Origin: Nymphaea colorata
Taxonomy: Eukaryota
NCBI RefSeq assembly: GCF_008831285.2
Contig: NC_045138.2
Coordinates: 38,502,001-38,566,000 of the forward strand
DNA length: 64,000 nucleotides
Direction of reading: 5' to 3'
Positions 30,401-43,600 of this stretch are shown here, piece by piece. A program made the translations under genes and the position numbers. Position 1 is the first letter of the stretch. Every line of letters starts with the position of its first letter. The notes under the pieces are model-generated. The model had not been told where the DNA came from and did not search any database. It saw only the letters and a program-made list of their open reading frames with translations.

Positions 30401-33400
30401 AACACTGTTTTGAGAGAGAGTGGGTGAGTGAGTGAGAAAGAGACAGAAAGCGTGAATCAAGCATTATTAGGATCACCTCAATCAATGCTAACAATGCCTT
30501 CAAAACCCGAACACGCATGGGAACTGAAGAATTTGACGCACAATACTTCCATCTTGGATCCACTTTTCTCTTTTCTTCACAGTCATCGATGTGTTGATTA
30601 AATGAAGTGTCAGTTCTATGAGAGCTCTCAAAGGTTTCATGACAATAGCGACAATGCTTGTCTTTCGACAAATGTAGATCATAGCACACATCACAAGTAG
30701 AAAAGAGATCAAAACATCTTTTCTTTCCATACTTTGTTGCACATAAACTAGAAGAGTGAAAGCATTCCATCCATATCCATTTCTGGAATTCATGGTATCT
30801 CCTTAAAGCATCAATTTTCTCAACGTTACTGCTCCCTAAATCAATCTTAAATGATTTTGAATACTCCAGGGCCTCAGGACTATCACCACAAACAATACTT
30901 GATGGGCTGCTGATTTCAACATTGTTACCATAAAAGAAAGCTGCTTCACTTGCATCAGCATTGGAAGCAACACTGTTTAGATCAGTCATGGCTAAGCCAG
31001 AAACACTCTTTTTAGTAGCCTCCCTGAATGACTTCTCTATTTTCTGCAACATGGAATGGAGATGGGCTTCCCTTAGCCCACGAACATCTAAAGCTGACAA
31101 AAGTGCATCAAACGTCTGCAGCAGAAGATGAGGAGGGGGTATTAGATAATTTATTAAAGACTCTTAAGGCAACCCAAAAAAAAAATGTTGATCAAAATTC
31201 AAACTTGAACAAACAAGGAAAGAAAAGTACATCAACGTGAAAAAAAATGGTCATCAGTATCTTTTAGGGGTTGCAGGAGTAAAAGTACCTCCTCTGAATC
31301 AATCAGTCTCCAGCGCCCATCTGTGGACTCAAAAAAGATTCTTCCTCGTCCAGGATCATTTCCTGAAAAAGTAACGAACTGCCAATACCTGTTACGCCTA
31401 CGATCTTGACCAAGAGGCAAAGATCTATACACATACAACTCTTCAGCCCGCTGGCCAATGTATGCTTTTAGTTGAGATCGTGACTTCTCAGCAGCAAATG
31501 CAGACTGCTGCAAAGGTGAGATTTCTGGGCCCACGGGTAAATCTTGCATTGACAAGTTTCTTTCAATTAAAGTATTATTAAGATAATTAGTTGCCCCTTC
31601 TTGTTCAAGAATTTGCTCTTGCTTGGTTTGTGAGAGTGCTGGTAGATCATTTGACTTGTTATCCACCCCAACTAAAGGGCTTTGCCCTTCTTCTAACCCT
31701 GCACCGTTTGGGGTTCCCTCAGCTTTCACAATTGTAAAAGGAGAGACTTGAAACTTTGACATGATCTCTTCTTTCATGCGCCTTTTATCCAATTGAGCCT
31801 CAGCCCACATTTGTCTTTTCAAAGCATTTGCTGCCTCCAGCCGTTCCTGCAAAATGCACTCATTCAGCAACCAACATCTAACTGCAAGCAATCAATAATA
31901 ATCAGCCACAGATGAAATAGATGTTACCTCAAGCACAACACGGATGGAATTGCCCTCTAATGTTACGCCAATTAATGCAACAAGAGCATGAAGCCTCTCC
32001 TCAACACTCAGATCTGAATATTCTCCTTCAACTAGGCCTTGTACCCATGGTTCACCAATGCTGCTTTCATCAATCTCTATGTCTTCATTATCAGTATTAT
32101 TTTCCATGAGACTGTTCTCATTACTCTGATAGTTGTCACCAGCTAGATCCCCATCTTTTGTGCTTTCCAATGGAGATGAATTATTCTTGCCAACATCTCC
32201 TGCTGTTCCAGGCATACCATTGTCGTCAGTCATTACATAACATTTGCTACTTTTCCAGAACAAATTGGTGAATGAATAATTTTACCCACGCATGAGGAAA
32301 AGATTATCTTACCGGAAGTGCCCAGATTGACTGGCTCATCAATTTCAGGGTCTTCTGGGGCCTCACATTCAAAATCCTCCTCCCGTTCAACATCATTATC
32401 CTCTGTATCTTTCTCAGCTTCTTCTGAATCAGACAGACCATTTTGAAACATTTGTATCCTCTCCCTGGCAGCCTGTAGTATGGCTTCTGCATCAGCAGGA
32501 TCTTTTCTAAAAGCTGGTCGCACACAATATGTAGATGGAGCAGTTCTTTCAAACAGATTTGCATCTCTTGACAGTGCAGCAGCTATGGAAGCCTCTGGTG
32601 TCTTACTGGTCGTAAGGTCCCGAAGACCAGATTTCTGTAACAAAATATAACATGTCAGCGATGGTCCCATCCAGGAAACAAAACGACTTGTTCGCCATTC
32701 AAAATGATAAAAATGATGGCAAAGTACCTGAATTTTTTCAGCCACCTCTAAAATTGTAAGTCCTCGACTTCCCTCCAGTGAAAGAACATAAAATGCTGCA
32801 TATTTTACTGTTCCGGGTGTTAACCGATGTCTGGACCTCCTTAAATACGAGAAGCCCTTTTCTTGCATCATAGCAGCAGCACTTTCAGCAGCTGCACCAC
32901 TTCTTAAAGTAGATACTACATCCATACCATCATGTCCCTGCATTCAATTGTGAAAAATATGAATTGCTAAAAGATCTTTCAAAAAGCCAAAAAACTATAA
33001 AAATGTGAATATATCTTACAACCAAAGATTGGCATCTATCAGGCATATCTAGGCACCCAATTCTTAGGTTTAACAACAGTGTCAAATGCCAAGAAGTACC
33101 CAATTGGCACCTCGTATCAGGTCCAGGAGTATATATCTTTTGTGGCCTTGGCAATACAAGCACCAAAATTTTCAACATAGGGTGTGCATTAAACACTACA
33201 GCTCAGACAAAATATGCAAAGACTTGCACCTAAGTCATGTATCAGAAATCCAGAAATACCTCATTGTCATCTCGAAAACAGGGCCTTTGAGGAATGCTTT
33301 TTTTCCACCTTGGCCCAAATCCTGCTGATAATGCTAATTGCCTCAGTACTTCAGGCCATGTCAAAGGATTCAAATGGCGCTGCCAGCTTCGTATGTCAAA

Positions 33401-36400
33401 ACCCCAAGCATATGCCTGGTTTGAAAGATGACATTATCAATACTTCATGGTTAACTTGGAATGGGAAAACAAATGTAAATTGTAAACTGTCTTACTCCTT
33501 CAACAATTTGTGGGTGTCCACCACCTGGATTGGCAGCACTGTTTTGGCTAGCTCCTAGCCCAACAGAAGGAGTTCTTGCCACATCTTCAATGTCCTTTAT
33601 GATGGATTTCAGGAGAGCAATATGTATCTCCCCCAGCAATCGTGGGTCCTGTCAAGGCAAAGTAAAGTATATATTGATATAAATTCAAAACAGCCATCGA
33701 GAGAGACGACAAAGAAAATATGTAATATCAAGTTATAGGTACTCACGTAGTCATGGAAAGATTGAACGAATTCATCCAGGGTAAACGGCCAAAGTTCAAG
33801 AACATCAACGAAGGTAATTAAAAACCTCCAAGCCTGAATATGAGCCACATCAATGAAAATACGAACCAAAGAAAAAAATGTCAACGATTTGTAAAACAAC
33901 AATGTTCCTTTACAGTATATCAAGAGATAAGAGAGAAAACCACATTAATGAGAAACATCAGCACTCGTAAAACACAAATATCTAACAAACCTACACAAAC
34001 TATTATACACAAATAGAAAACCAAAAACAATAAATACAAAACAAAAACAACAGCTGTAAGAATGTAGTAAGACAACAAGTAAATTGCAGATCTACGACAA
34101 TAATATGAACAAAAACCTACTATCAGCTACATAGAAGCATATATGCAAGAAGGAAAGAACAAGCTCTGTGCTGCTTATCCTGCCAGCAAATTATGTATAA
34201 ACAGTACAAGTTTTCCAGAAAACAGAAAACATATATTTCATGCTGAGAGAGTGCTGTTTTAATAGTGATAAACAGATCTCAGCACATTCTGAACAAGTAG
34301 ATCAAATGGATGGTCTGTAAGCATTAATTCCACAAAAAGATTATTTTAGCAAGCAAAAGTTGAGAATCAGAAAGACATTACCATTAGAAGGTTTCCTATG
34401 TTCTCCTCAGAATCAATCCAAGGCTGAAATCCAAAAGGCGCTTTCAATTGTACTGATTTGGGTGGAAATGAGATTAACTTATCTGAAATCACAAAAAAGT
34501 CCAAGCAGGTCAAACACACCGAACTAGTCCACAACTAAGGAAATTTAATGTACCAAGCAGGTCAAACACACCGAACTAGTCCACAACTAAGGAAATTTAA
34601 TGTACCAAGGTAGTACGATTGTTGCGATCAATAAGTGAGACAAAGATAAGATGATTCAGGTAATTGAGTAAGAGAATGGCTATAAAGGAACTCACCTCTA
34701 AACAACTCCAGATGCTGCAACGTTTCAGAATCGAGAGAAACAATAGAAGGAAGCCCTTTGCTGGATGCAGCTAACTCCATAAGTTCTAAGCGCTCATCTT
34801 CAATAAGCTCCAAAGACTCACGAGCAATTTTGCGAGCTGTTGCCCTTTCATTGGCAGCTTTAATTCTTGCTGCCTCCTTTTCCCTACGTAGCTCCTCTTT
34901 ATGCCGCATTTTCTCAGCCTTCATTCGAGCAAATGAAGTTTAGGCTCAAAATTAGGTAAATCTAATCTCTGTTAGACCTTTAACCTTTACTTACTCTAAG
35001 ATTTTCCTTCTGCAAGAATTTCTCTCTTCTTTCAAGTTCACGCCTTTGTTCTCGCTGGAACCGTTCCTCTTCTCTTTGTTTTTCACGCAACATTCTTTCT
35101 TCTTCTTTTCTCCTTTCACGATCTTGTTTCTCAAGATCTCTGCGCATTTGTTCCTCTTTCTAAGAAAAACAGTATGTGACCATCAGAATGGATGTTATAT
35201 ATATATATATATATACACACACGTACGATAACAACATATAAACACTAAAGAGAAGGAAAAATGTAACAACAAAACCATGCATTACCTTTCGCCTAATAAT
35301 GTCTTGCCTCTCAAGCTCCTTCCTGATCCTCTTCTCATGGGCCTCAACCTCCTTTGCTATTCTAGCTTCTTCACTCTGCATAGAAAAGCCCGTGTTTCAG
35401 ATATAAAGGATACTAAAGTGAAACAATTTCACAGGAAATGAGACGGACCTTCCGTTTTCTTTCCATCCTAGAAGCATCTTCTTCTGAATAAAGTTGTTTT
35501 TCTGGTGAAATAAAGGTATTTTCTAGACGAAGAACAGCATGAGATCCTAATGGAGCATCAGCTCCATAATTCACCAGAGAGTTTTTAACTGTGACACCAT
35601 CCGGATCCACAGAACTTGGTGAGAAGAGATGACCATGTCTGCCATGTTGCAAAAGATTAACATTTGATGCATGACTCTGGAAAGGATACCCAGAACCAAG
35701 ATGCTCACTGCTATGCGAAAATGGTCCTCCTGTAGGCAATGATGAGCTCCGCGTCCCAAAAGAGTCAATTGGAGAATCATAAAAATCTGACTGACCTGTC
35801 CTATCATATGTTTCAGACCTGGCGCTGGGCTGCTCAGGGAGAAACTGATACTCATGGAGAGCCCTTGTGCCAGGTTGAGGAAGTAACATATGAACACTGT
35901 TCACAGAAGCTTTTCTCTTGCTGCCGGAAGAACTTGATATATACCCTGGTTCCATGCCTGGAGTGGCCAGTGAACTCTGCACAGAGTATCTTAGAGAATT
36001 AAAAGATCCTATAGTCCTACTAATATGCAGATGAATAGATGACGTTCAGAAAACAACATATGGCAAAATGAAAGGAGTTACAATGTTAATCCTATAAATC
36101 ATGTATTTTGACAGGGCTGCAAGAGATGCTGATTCTTTTCAGACATGCATGCAAGGACAGGAAAACCAACAAATATGAGACATTAAAGTGGTTGTGCACA
36201 TGTCAACCCATACAATCCACCAAGGCTTCAGTTTGATCTCATCCATGCCTCGATCAACAAACAATTTAAGCTAGACATAATGAGAATCCCAAGCTAAGGT
36301 GTGAAACTAGGCTTCTTTTTTTTTTTTTTCAAAATAGAACTTGCACATACTCATACTTCACAGACATGAAAGATACATACATAAAAGAACTTATCATTAA

Positions 36401-38150
36401 ATTAACTGCTAAAACAAAGAAAGACAACAAACCTTGATCGATTTCCCATCTTGCCTTTCATATGTTTTGCTGTCATACTGCCAACCACCATGCTTTGGAT
36501 TACCTATTATCCCAAAGTGGAAAATAACAGGGGGTTAAGAACTAAATGGGATATTATTGCCCTATCGTTTAAGAGATCATCTAAATACCCTCATTTTGTG
36601 CATTCCTTTTTCTTCTTCAGTTTCAACGTATATCTGAGATGTTCCACACACACACATGCATGCTGCCACAGAAAAATTCAAACTCGACGCAATGGACTGA
36701 AGCGAGAATAAGAAATTGAAGAACTGCATCTCAAACATGCAATGGACATTTAGTAGCATATACAATAAAGGCAATTCCGTTCATGCAACTATACTGTATA
36801 CTAACAACAACGATGAGATGCCAATCTCATTATAACGTCATTGATTGGAGGAAAATGGTAAAAAAAACAACAATGTTGTTGTTGATGATGATGATGGTCA
36901 CGATAACCATAACAACAGATAACATGGCTAACTATTTCAGTATCTTCTGGTCCACAAAATGCTCCTGCATGGAGCTAAGCATGATATCAAATGGTTATAC
37001 TTACAGCTCATGAACTAAGAAGGTTATGCTCTTAAATGCATATGGTGCCTTCAACAACACAGAAGCATTTCTAGCAAAACAGACGAGAACATGTGGACCT
37101 TCTCTAAGAGATCATACAGTATATCTGACGCAACTGTTGCAGTTACATTTCATGCAAACTTATGAACCTCATAACATAGAAAGAAACGACGCTACGCATG
37201 ATACTAGATGGCATTCACACGTATCCAGATAGACTACCACCAAAACACAAATGATGCGTTGGTTAAAACTTCAGGGTTATGTAGGGTTAGAAGAAAATGG
37301 GCAAAAAAAAAAAATTTAAACTTGTTCGTCCGGTAAAAAATGAAAAATATAAGAGAGCGAGCACACACAACATGGTCAGTCATTGCATTACCTGCGGACG
37401 GAACTATCGGCCTCCCGAAAGCATCTGGAGGCAAGGGGTCGAATTCAATGCCGAGAAGAGGACCATCTTCACGTAATGGTTCTCCGAGTTGGGCCTCCAC
37501 AACAGAGATCGCATGGAGCTCGGCCATCGACGACTGCTGATGATGATGGTGGTGGTGCCAAAGAATCGGCGGAGGCGCCGGAACACCCAAAGGAGGATCA
37601 CAATACCTCTTCACTAGAGCGGAAGGAGGAGGAGGGGGAGGAGGGTGGGGAGGAGACGGTCCCTCGCAAACAATCCTCGGCACAGCCGCACCGGTGCCGC
37701 CAACCCCTCCCCCCTTCCTCTGTTCCGGCAACCCGCTCCAGTCGTCGCGGCCGGGAGAGTCCTTGTTATCGACTCCTTCCTTCATAGCCTTCTTTAATGC
37801 AATCTTCCTGTCCTTAAGCCGCCTATGGCAGAACCACATCTGCAGCTGCCTGTCCGTCAGCCCCAACTTCTCCGATAGCTCCGCCCGCAAGAACTCGGAC
37901 GGGTAATTTTCCCCTGCCCCCACAGATTCAAACCATCAACACTCAGGATCCACCCTCGCCAAATCCCCCAAGGGGCTCCCAAAATCAAACGGAGCAACAA
38001 GAAGCAAGAAAAAGAAACACAGAGAAAAAAAAAAGACATACTCAAATATGTTTTCTCCAGAAGCTCAAGCTGGCCGGCGGTCTTCATCTTCCTCTTCGTC
38101 GTCTTCTCTCCTTCCGGCGGCCGCTTCTTCTCCTCCTCCGAATTCTCCAT
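27432..38150 (-). CDS. RLT: Homeobox-DDT domain protein RINGLET (RLT1/RLT2-like), ISWI partner
   Basis: About 19 exons: 38150-38042, 37913-37392 (homeodomain QLQMWFCHRRLKDRK), 36503-36433, 35976-35449, 35375-35286, 35159-34995, 34918-34696, 34482-34382, 33833-33747 (DDT: LWPFTLDEFVQSFHDY), 33648-33496, 33415-33260, 32937-32728, 32634-32313 (HARE-HTH), 32202-31928 (WHIM1: EGEYSDLSVEERL), 31846-31289 (PLGQDRRRNRYW), 31115-30477, 30339-30235, 29258-28998 and 28301-27432 (RG-rich, then D/E-rich tail). Confidence 0.92.
34501..34609. repeat. Perfect 52-bp tandem duplication in an RLT intron
   Basis: CCAAGCAGGTCAAACACACCGAACTAGTCCACAACTAAGGAAATTTAATGTA x2. Confidence 0.95.
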
Positions 38151-39925
38151 ATCAGATCCGCAAAAGAAACAGTCCCCAACAAAAGATTGAGAACCCTAAC
38201 CCTCACCCGAAGCCAAATCTCAACCCCGGAACCCCAAAACCGCTCTCGGATCCCCACCAAAGGCCGCTACAAAGTACTCTCAGGAAGAACGAAGAGCCGA
38301 TTCGCAGAGGAAGAAAGCAACCCGAAAGAACAATTTCCCTGTCACCGAATAAAAACACCACCACCACCAAGCGAAGAACAATCGCTCCCCACGTCCTCGA
38401 ATATCGCAAAGATAAAGAAGAACCCAAAAGAGAAGAGGAGGACGAAGAGAAGCAAGAGGGGGCAACCCACCACGCACCCCATTCGCCGATTGCTTTCCAA
38501 ATAGAGGAAAGCAAAGCAGGAAGCGAAAATTTATTATTCCTATCGACGAGAAGCAATCCAACAACACAAGAATAAAAGCGAAGACCCGAAGATGAGATGT
38601 TGGAATGCGATGAACGAAGAGGAATTAAACGACAACTCTCTTTATTTTTATTATTTTTATTATTATTGTGATACCCAACAACAACAACAACAAGAACAAG
38701 AAGAACAACGCCGGGAAGCAAACAATTACACCACCACCAACTCATTACGCGCTCACAGTCTCCCATCCAAAAAAATAATAACGAGGAGAAAAATAAAAAG
38801 AAAAGAAATAAAAAGAACTCCGCTAGATTACGTCGATGTGTTATTTTTGCGGTATGTGTGGGTGTGCTCGTGTAAATCTTCTTTTCTCGATCCTCTTTTT
38901 TCTCTCTTTCTTTGTTCTCTCTGCCCGATTGCTCCCCTCCTTTTTTTTCCTTGCGTGTGTTAATCTTGTCTGACCATCCTCTCTCTCCTCCGTCTCTCTC
39001 CACTCATACCAACGCTCAGCCTTGTATGCTGCCCAATCTCAATCTTTTTTCCAAATGGGCAGCTTCCAATCTTAATCTTTCCCTTGATCATTGATCTTCT
39101 TCCACATATTTTTTATTCATCAATCGTTGATCGAACCGGGCGGGTGGGTTTGTGAATTCGAAGCCCATGTGCACTCGACTAGAACCAGAACTCTCTTTTT
39201 TTTCCTTGATTCTGATTTGTATTTTCTGATGTTCTAACTTTTATAATTCTTTCTCCTTTTCTAAAGAAAATCGTGGAGAGTCCGGGGCATGTGATGGATG
39301 AATCCGAATCGTCCTTTCAAAGTATGCGTCGCTCCAGTCTTTCTCCGTCTTCCGTGGGTTTGCGCTTATAGCCAGAGGCAGGCGGGGCCCACCGCTAAAT
39401 GTACGACCTGGAAGCGCCTTTTCTGTTTACCTAATTCGTCCGTTTCATTAGACTTTATTCCGTGGTCGTCCTGAATTTTTCCTGTTTTCCAGCAACGTGC
39501 TCCCCCAAGAAACCCCGTTCTGTTTATTGGATTTTTTTTTTCCTTTTTCATAAACTAAATATTTTCAGTCTTGAGATTATTGTTATTTAGTGGGCAATGT
39601 TTTTTTTTTTTCCTTTTTTCTTTTTCTTTATGTTGCGTTCGGGCACTAAGTGTAGTTAGATTGTTCCTTTCATTCTGAAGTCGAAAGAAAATGGGTTTGT
39701 AAAATTATGTAAAGATAGAGGTTCTTCTCGTAAACTTGGTTCTTAAACCAGCATGCATCTTGAGAAGGCTTTATTCTTTCTCATTGATTCGGTTGTCAAT
39801 TTTCGGCACCTCTCACTCTGTTGTTGCAGGAGGTAGGCAAACGGGTCGGACCTTAGACAACTAAATAAATAGGGTCCGTTTCTATACGGCACAATTAGTA
39901 TTGAATTTTCTCAATTTTCTAAATT

Positions 39926-39961
<36 letters not shown>

Positions 39962-39986
39962 AAATAGTGTAAATCACTTTGAATAC

Positions 39987-40018
<32 letters not shown>

Positions 40019-40482
40019 GATCAAACCTAAAATAAAAAATGGTAAATAAACCTCGTACACTCTACTCAAGCCCAAGCTCAAGCTAATTTTGTTCTTAATT
40101 TTGAACCAGATAAGATATATGAGTTCATCGAGTCAAATTGACTAAACTTGTGTTCTACTACAACCTTATATGCAATGTCAAAATGAATTATATATACTTG
40201 AGATACAAATATGAAGCATTCCTTAAGTATATTGCTATGGGAGCTTACAAAATCCAAGAGATATATGTTATTTATCAAAAATTATTTTGACGTGAACTTG
40301 TTTAGATAAATATTTGTTAACTTCTTAAAATTTACTGGGGTTTTCAGTTTTCATCCGGGCGAGGAAAACCAATTGTAAATAAGGTAAACTATTTCCCGAT
40401 ATGCACACGTGGCACATTTGGATGCATTCCTTGAGATTTAGGTGTACTACTCCGGTCACGCGGTTACTTCTAAACAAAAAGC

Positions 40483-40490
40483 GCGCGAAA
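40483..40490 (-). promoter_or_regulatory. E2F-type site (TTTCGCGC) in the EXO1 promoter
   Basis: GCGCGAAA on + ~170 bp upstream of the ATG matches TTTSSCGS. Near-matches TTTCCCGA (~40392) and GGCGGGAAG (~40542) and a G-box CACGTG (~40406) are nearby. Confidence 0.55.
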
Positions 40491-40657
40491 CTCACCCGCC
40501 TCCTTCAAATTCCAAAAACCCGAAAAACCAGAAAAAGAGGAGGCGGGAAGGGGAGTCAAGCCTATGGAAGCATCTGCTGCTGCCGCCGCCACCACCACCA
40601 TCGCCGCGAGAGCTTCACTCTTCGCTCCCATTCGTCTGCAGTCGGGAAGCAGAAGAA

Positions 40658-43600
40658 ATGGGGATCAAAGAGCTTCTGAGATTCATGAAGCCCTTCATTC
40701 ACCCCGTTCACATCCAAAAGTACAAAGGCAAACGGGTAAAATTTTGAAATGAAATCGCTTCTATCATTTTCTTTTGCATTGTCCGATTCGCTCTTTCAGC
40801 ATCTTAGATTTTTCAGTTGTTCAATGCAGGTCGGTATCGATGCCTATTCATGGCTCCACAAAGGAGGTAAATCGAAGTTTATTCTGATTATGCTTTGGCA
40901 ATATCGATTACTGATCGTAAAGGATTGTTCGTTCTGTTGGCTCAGCTTATGCCTGTAGCATGGAGATATGTATGAACCAGACTTGGGGAGAATCTCGCGC
41001 CCCTTTCATCCAATATTTCATGCACCGGATCAATCTGCTTCGGCACCATAAAATCGTCCCTGTTGTTATCTTTGATGGTGGTTGCATTCCTTGCAAATCG
41101 GCAACGGAGCTTGAGCGTCAGAGGTTCGCAGTTGGCTTGCTTTTGATTACTCGCCCTTGAGGATTGATCAAATTCGTGATCAATCAGTTAACAATTGAGA
41201 TCACTTTCATTGCGCTGCTGCGGAACAATGGAGTTCAAAATCTCTCACTTCTATTTTTGGAAGTGTGTTTGTTGGCTCTGATCTGCCTCACTTTTAGTTG
41301 ATCTTTGGTGGACCCATGGACTTATTTTGATTATTGGTTGATGCAACAGGAGGAGAGCAACCAATTTGAGTTTAGCTAAAGAGAAGCTATCCCAAGGCGA
41401 CATGTCTGAAGCCATCGAATTCTTTCAGGTATTTCCTTTTTTCCCGTTTTAGTCTTGTCATGAGCATGGGAAATAAGTACGAAGTTGAGTTCTGAAATTA
41501 CAACGGCAAAATATATTTTCTGATGATTGCTTTTACTTGTAATTTTCTTTTCCCAACAGAAAGCAGTTAGCATAACTCCATCTACAGCATACCAATTGAT
41601 TCAGGTCGGTGAGTATAAAAAATTGGTCTACAACTAAAATCTTTGCTTACTACGATATTTGGAATTTTGTTTTGTTTTCACATTTCTTTGTTGCAATGTA
41701 GATCCTGAAAGCAGAGCAGGTGGAGTTCATAGTTGCGCCATATGAAGCCGATGCGCAACTGGCATATCTGTCAAAGCTAGAAGAAGCAGAGGGTGGAATA
41801 TCAGCTGTTATAACGGAAGATAGTGATCTGTTGGCTTATGGTTGCCGAGCAGTATGAACAATCTCTGTCTATTCCGTTTGGGCCAACAGATTGAGTGCTT
41901 GACATTGATTTTTTTTTTTCAACAATTGAAAGGTTATATTCAAAATGGATCGGTATGGCCATGGTGAAGAGATACTGATGGATGATGTGTTGAAGTCGAA
42001 TGCTTGTGGATTGTCGTTCAGAAACTTCGATCAGGAACTCTTCACAGGTGGACCATATGAATGAACCCTAGTTTCTTGTTGCGTTTGGGCATACAAACTA
42101 TTACCATCTTTGGGTTGTCTGATCTATGCAATTTTGTTTGGTTTTTCCTCTCTATACAGGCATGTGTGTATTGGCTGGATGCGACTTTCTACCATCCGTA
42201 CCAGGCATTGGGATCAAAAGAGCTCACTTGCTAGTATCAAAATACAGGAACCTTGATAGGGTATGCATTATATCTTGATGCTTATGTTTCTTTTCGAAAA
42301 TGGCAACAGTTAATTCATTTAATTGTCTAATCATTTTTTACACTGGACAGGATCATAGGTCATTTTATTTTGATAATGCTTCTGCTATATTTTGTTAATC
42401 AATCACATGAAAGTTTGTAGCATGCTCACATTGCATTGATTAATAAAACATGCTTTCCTGTGCTTCATCAGTTCATGCATTTAGACATTCAATTAAGAAA
42501 ATACCTAGCCAGGCAAAAATAATAATAAAAGAAATGCAAGTAGGGTGAAATTTCAATAAGAAATTTTGTAAAAAAGAATGGCACGCATTTTGAACTTTGA
42601 CTCGGTGCTGTCTAAGATGTCAAGACTGAAATGTCTCGAACAGCTGCTGAATAATGCTTCGATTATACAAGAAGTTCCTGAACGGATCTCTTATTGCAGC
42701 ATCAGCTTGATCTTTTAAAACTTTTTTTTCCTCATCCTCAATGGCTTTGGAAGGTAGACTGCAAAGCATAGTGAACTTGATTTAGGATGAAACCTTGTTC
42801 ACAAATAATAGGCAAGTATGAAATGTCGTCAATGCATGAATGAAGAAAAAAAATTCTGAAAGTCCAAGAGTTTTATATAACCAACAAGATGAATCTTGTT
42901 GCCCTACTGATATGTTCAAGTCGAACAAATGAAACTAGGATTGCTTCAGTAGCTAACAGAAAAATGGTTTGATCACCGAAGCTTTTAAACATAAGGTCAT
43001 AACACGAACTTGTATGACCGTCTGCTCAGGTTTTTGCCATAGTTTCTCCTAGTTTTGTTAGGAATGAAGTCATTTTGTTGAAGACAATTCCCAGGGCTGT
43101 ACAGCAGCGAGACATGGTCGTACAAAATGTTGTAAGACTTGTACTTTATTTCTCCCAGCGAAACAAAATTGTATAGTTTCCTCGATAGCACGAGTTTTCC
43201 TGCTAATTTATTTCTGAACTGAGAGCATAAGATGTCCAATTCATTTTTATTTCATTTAGAGTTGTCATTCTTGATGTAGCAAGCCGGTGAAACGAATCCA
43301 TTCATTTGTTTCTTTTTCTTAATTGCGGATGTACAGGTACTGTCTATACTCAAGTTTGAGAAAAGTCGGCAAATGCCAGAAGGTTACGCTGAAGCCTTCA
43401 GAGTAGCGACTGCAGTTTTTCATCACGCTATAATGTGATGCCTTTTATTTCATTGGTTTGCATCCTTAGTTCTACCTCCATGATCAGTCGTCACCTCTTG
43501 TATGCCATATCTCATACTGTATCATCTCTATTGCAGATATGATTCTAAGAGAAAAGTGCTCATGCCACTAAAAGAATTGCCAGAGAAGCTTCTTGAAGTG

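Noticed and set aside
35405..35413. GTATCCTTT U12-like donor on the minus strand
   Set aside because: It lies inside a normal short U2 intron of RLT, and the flanking exons join correctly without it.
38203..39003. 266-aa hydrophobic ORF upstream of RLT
   Set aside because: Low-complexity leader/promoter sequence with no recognisable domain. A uORF role cannot be supported without TSS or Ribo-seq data.
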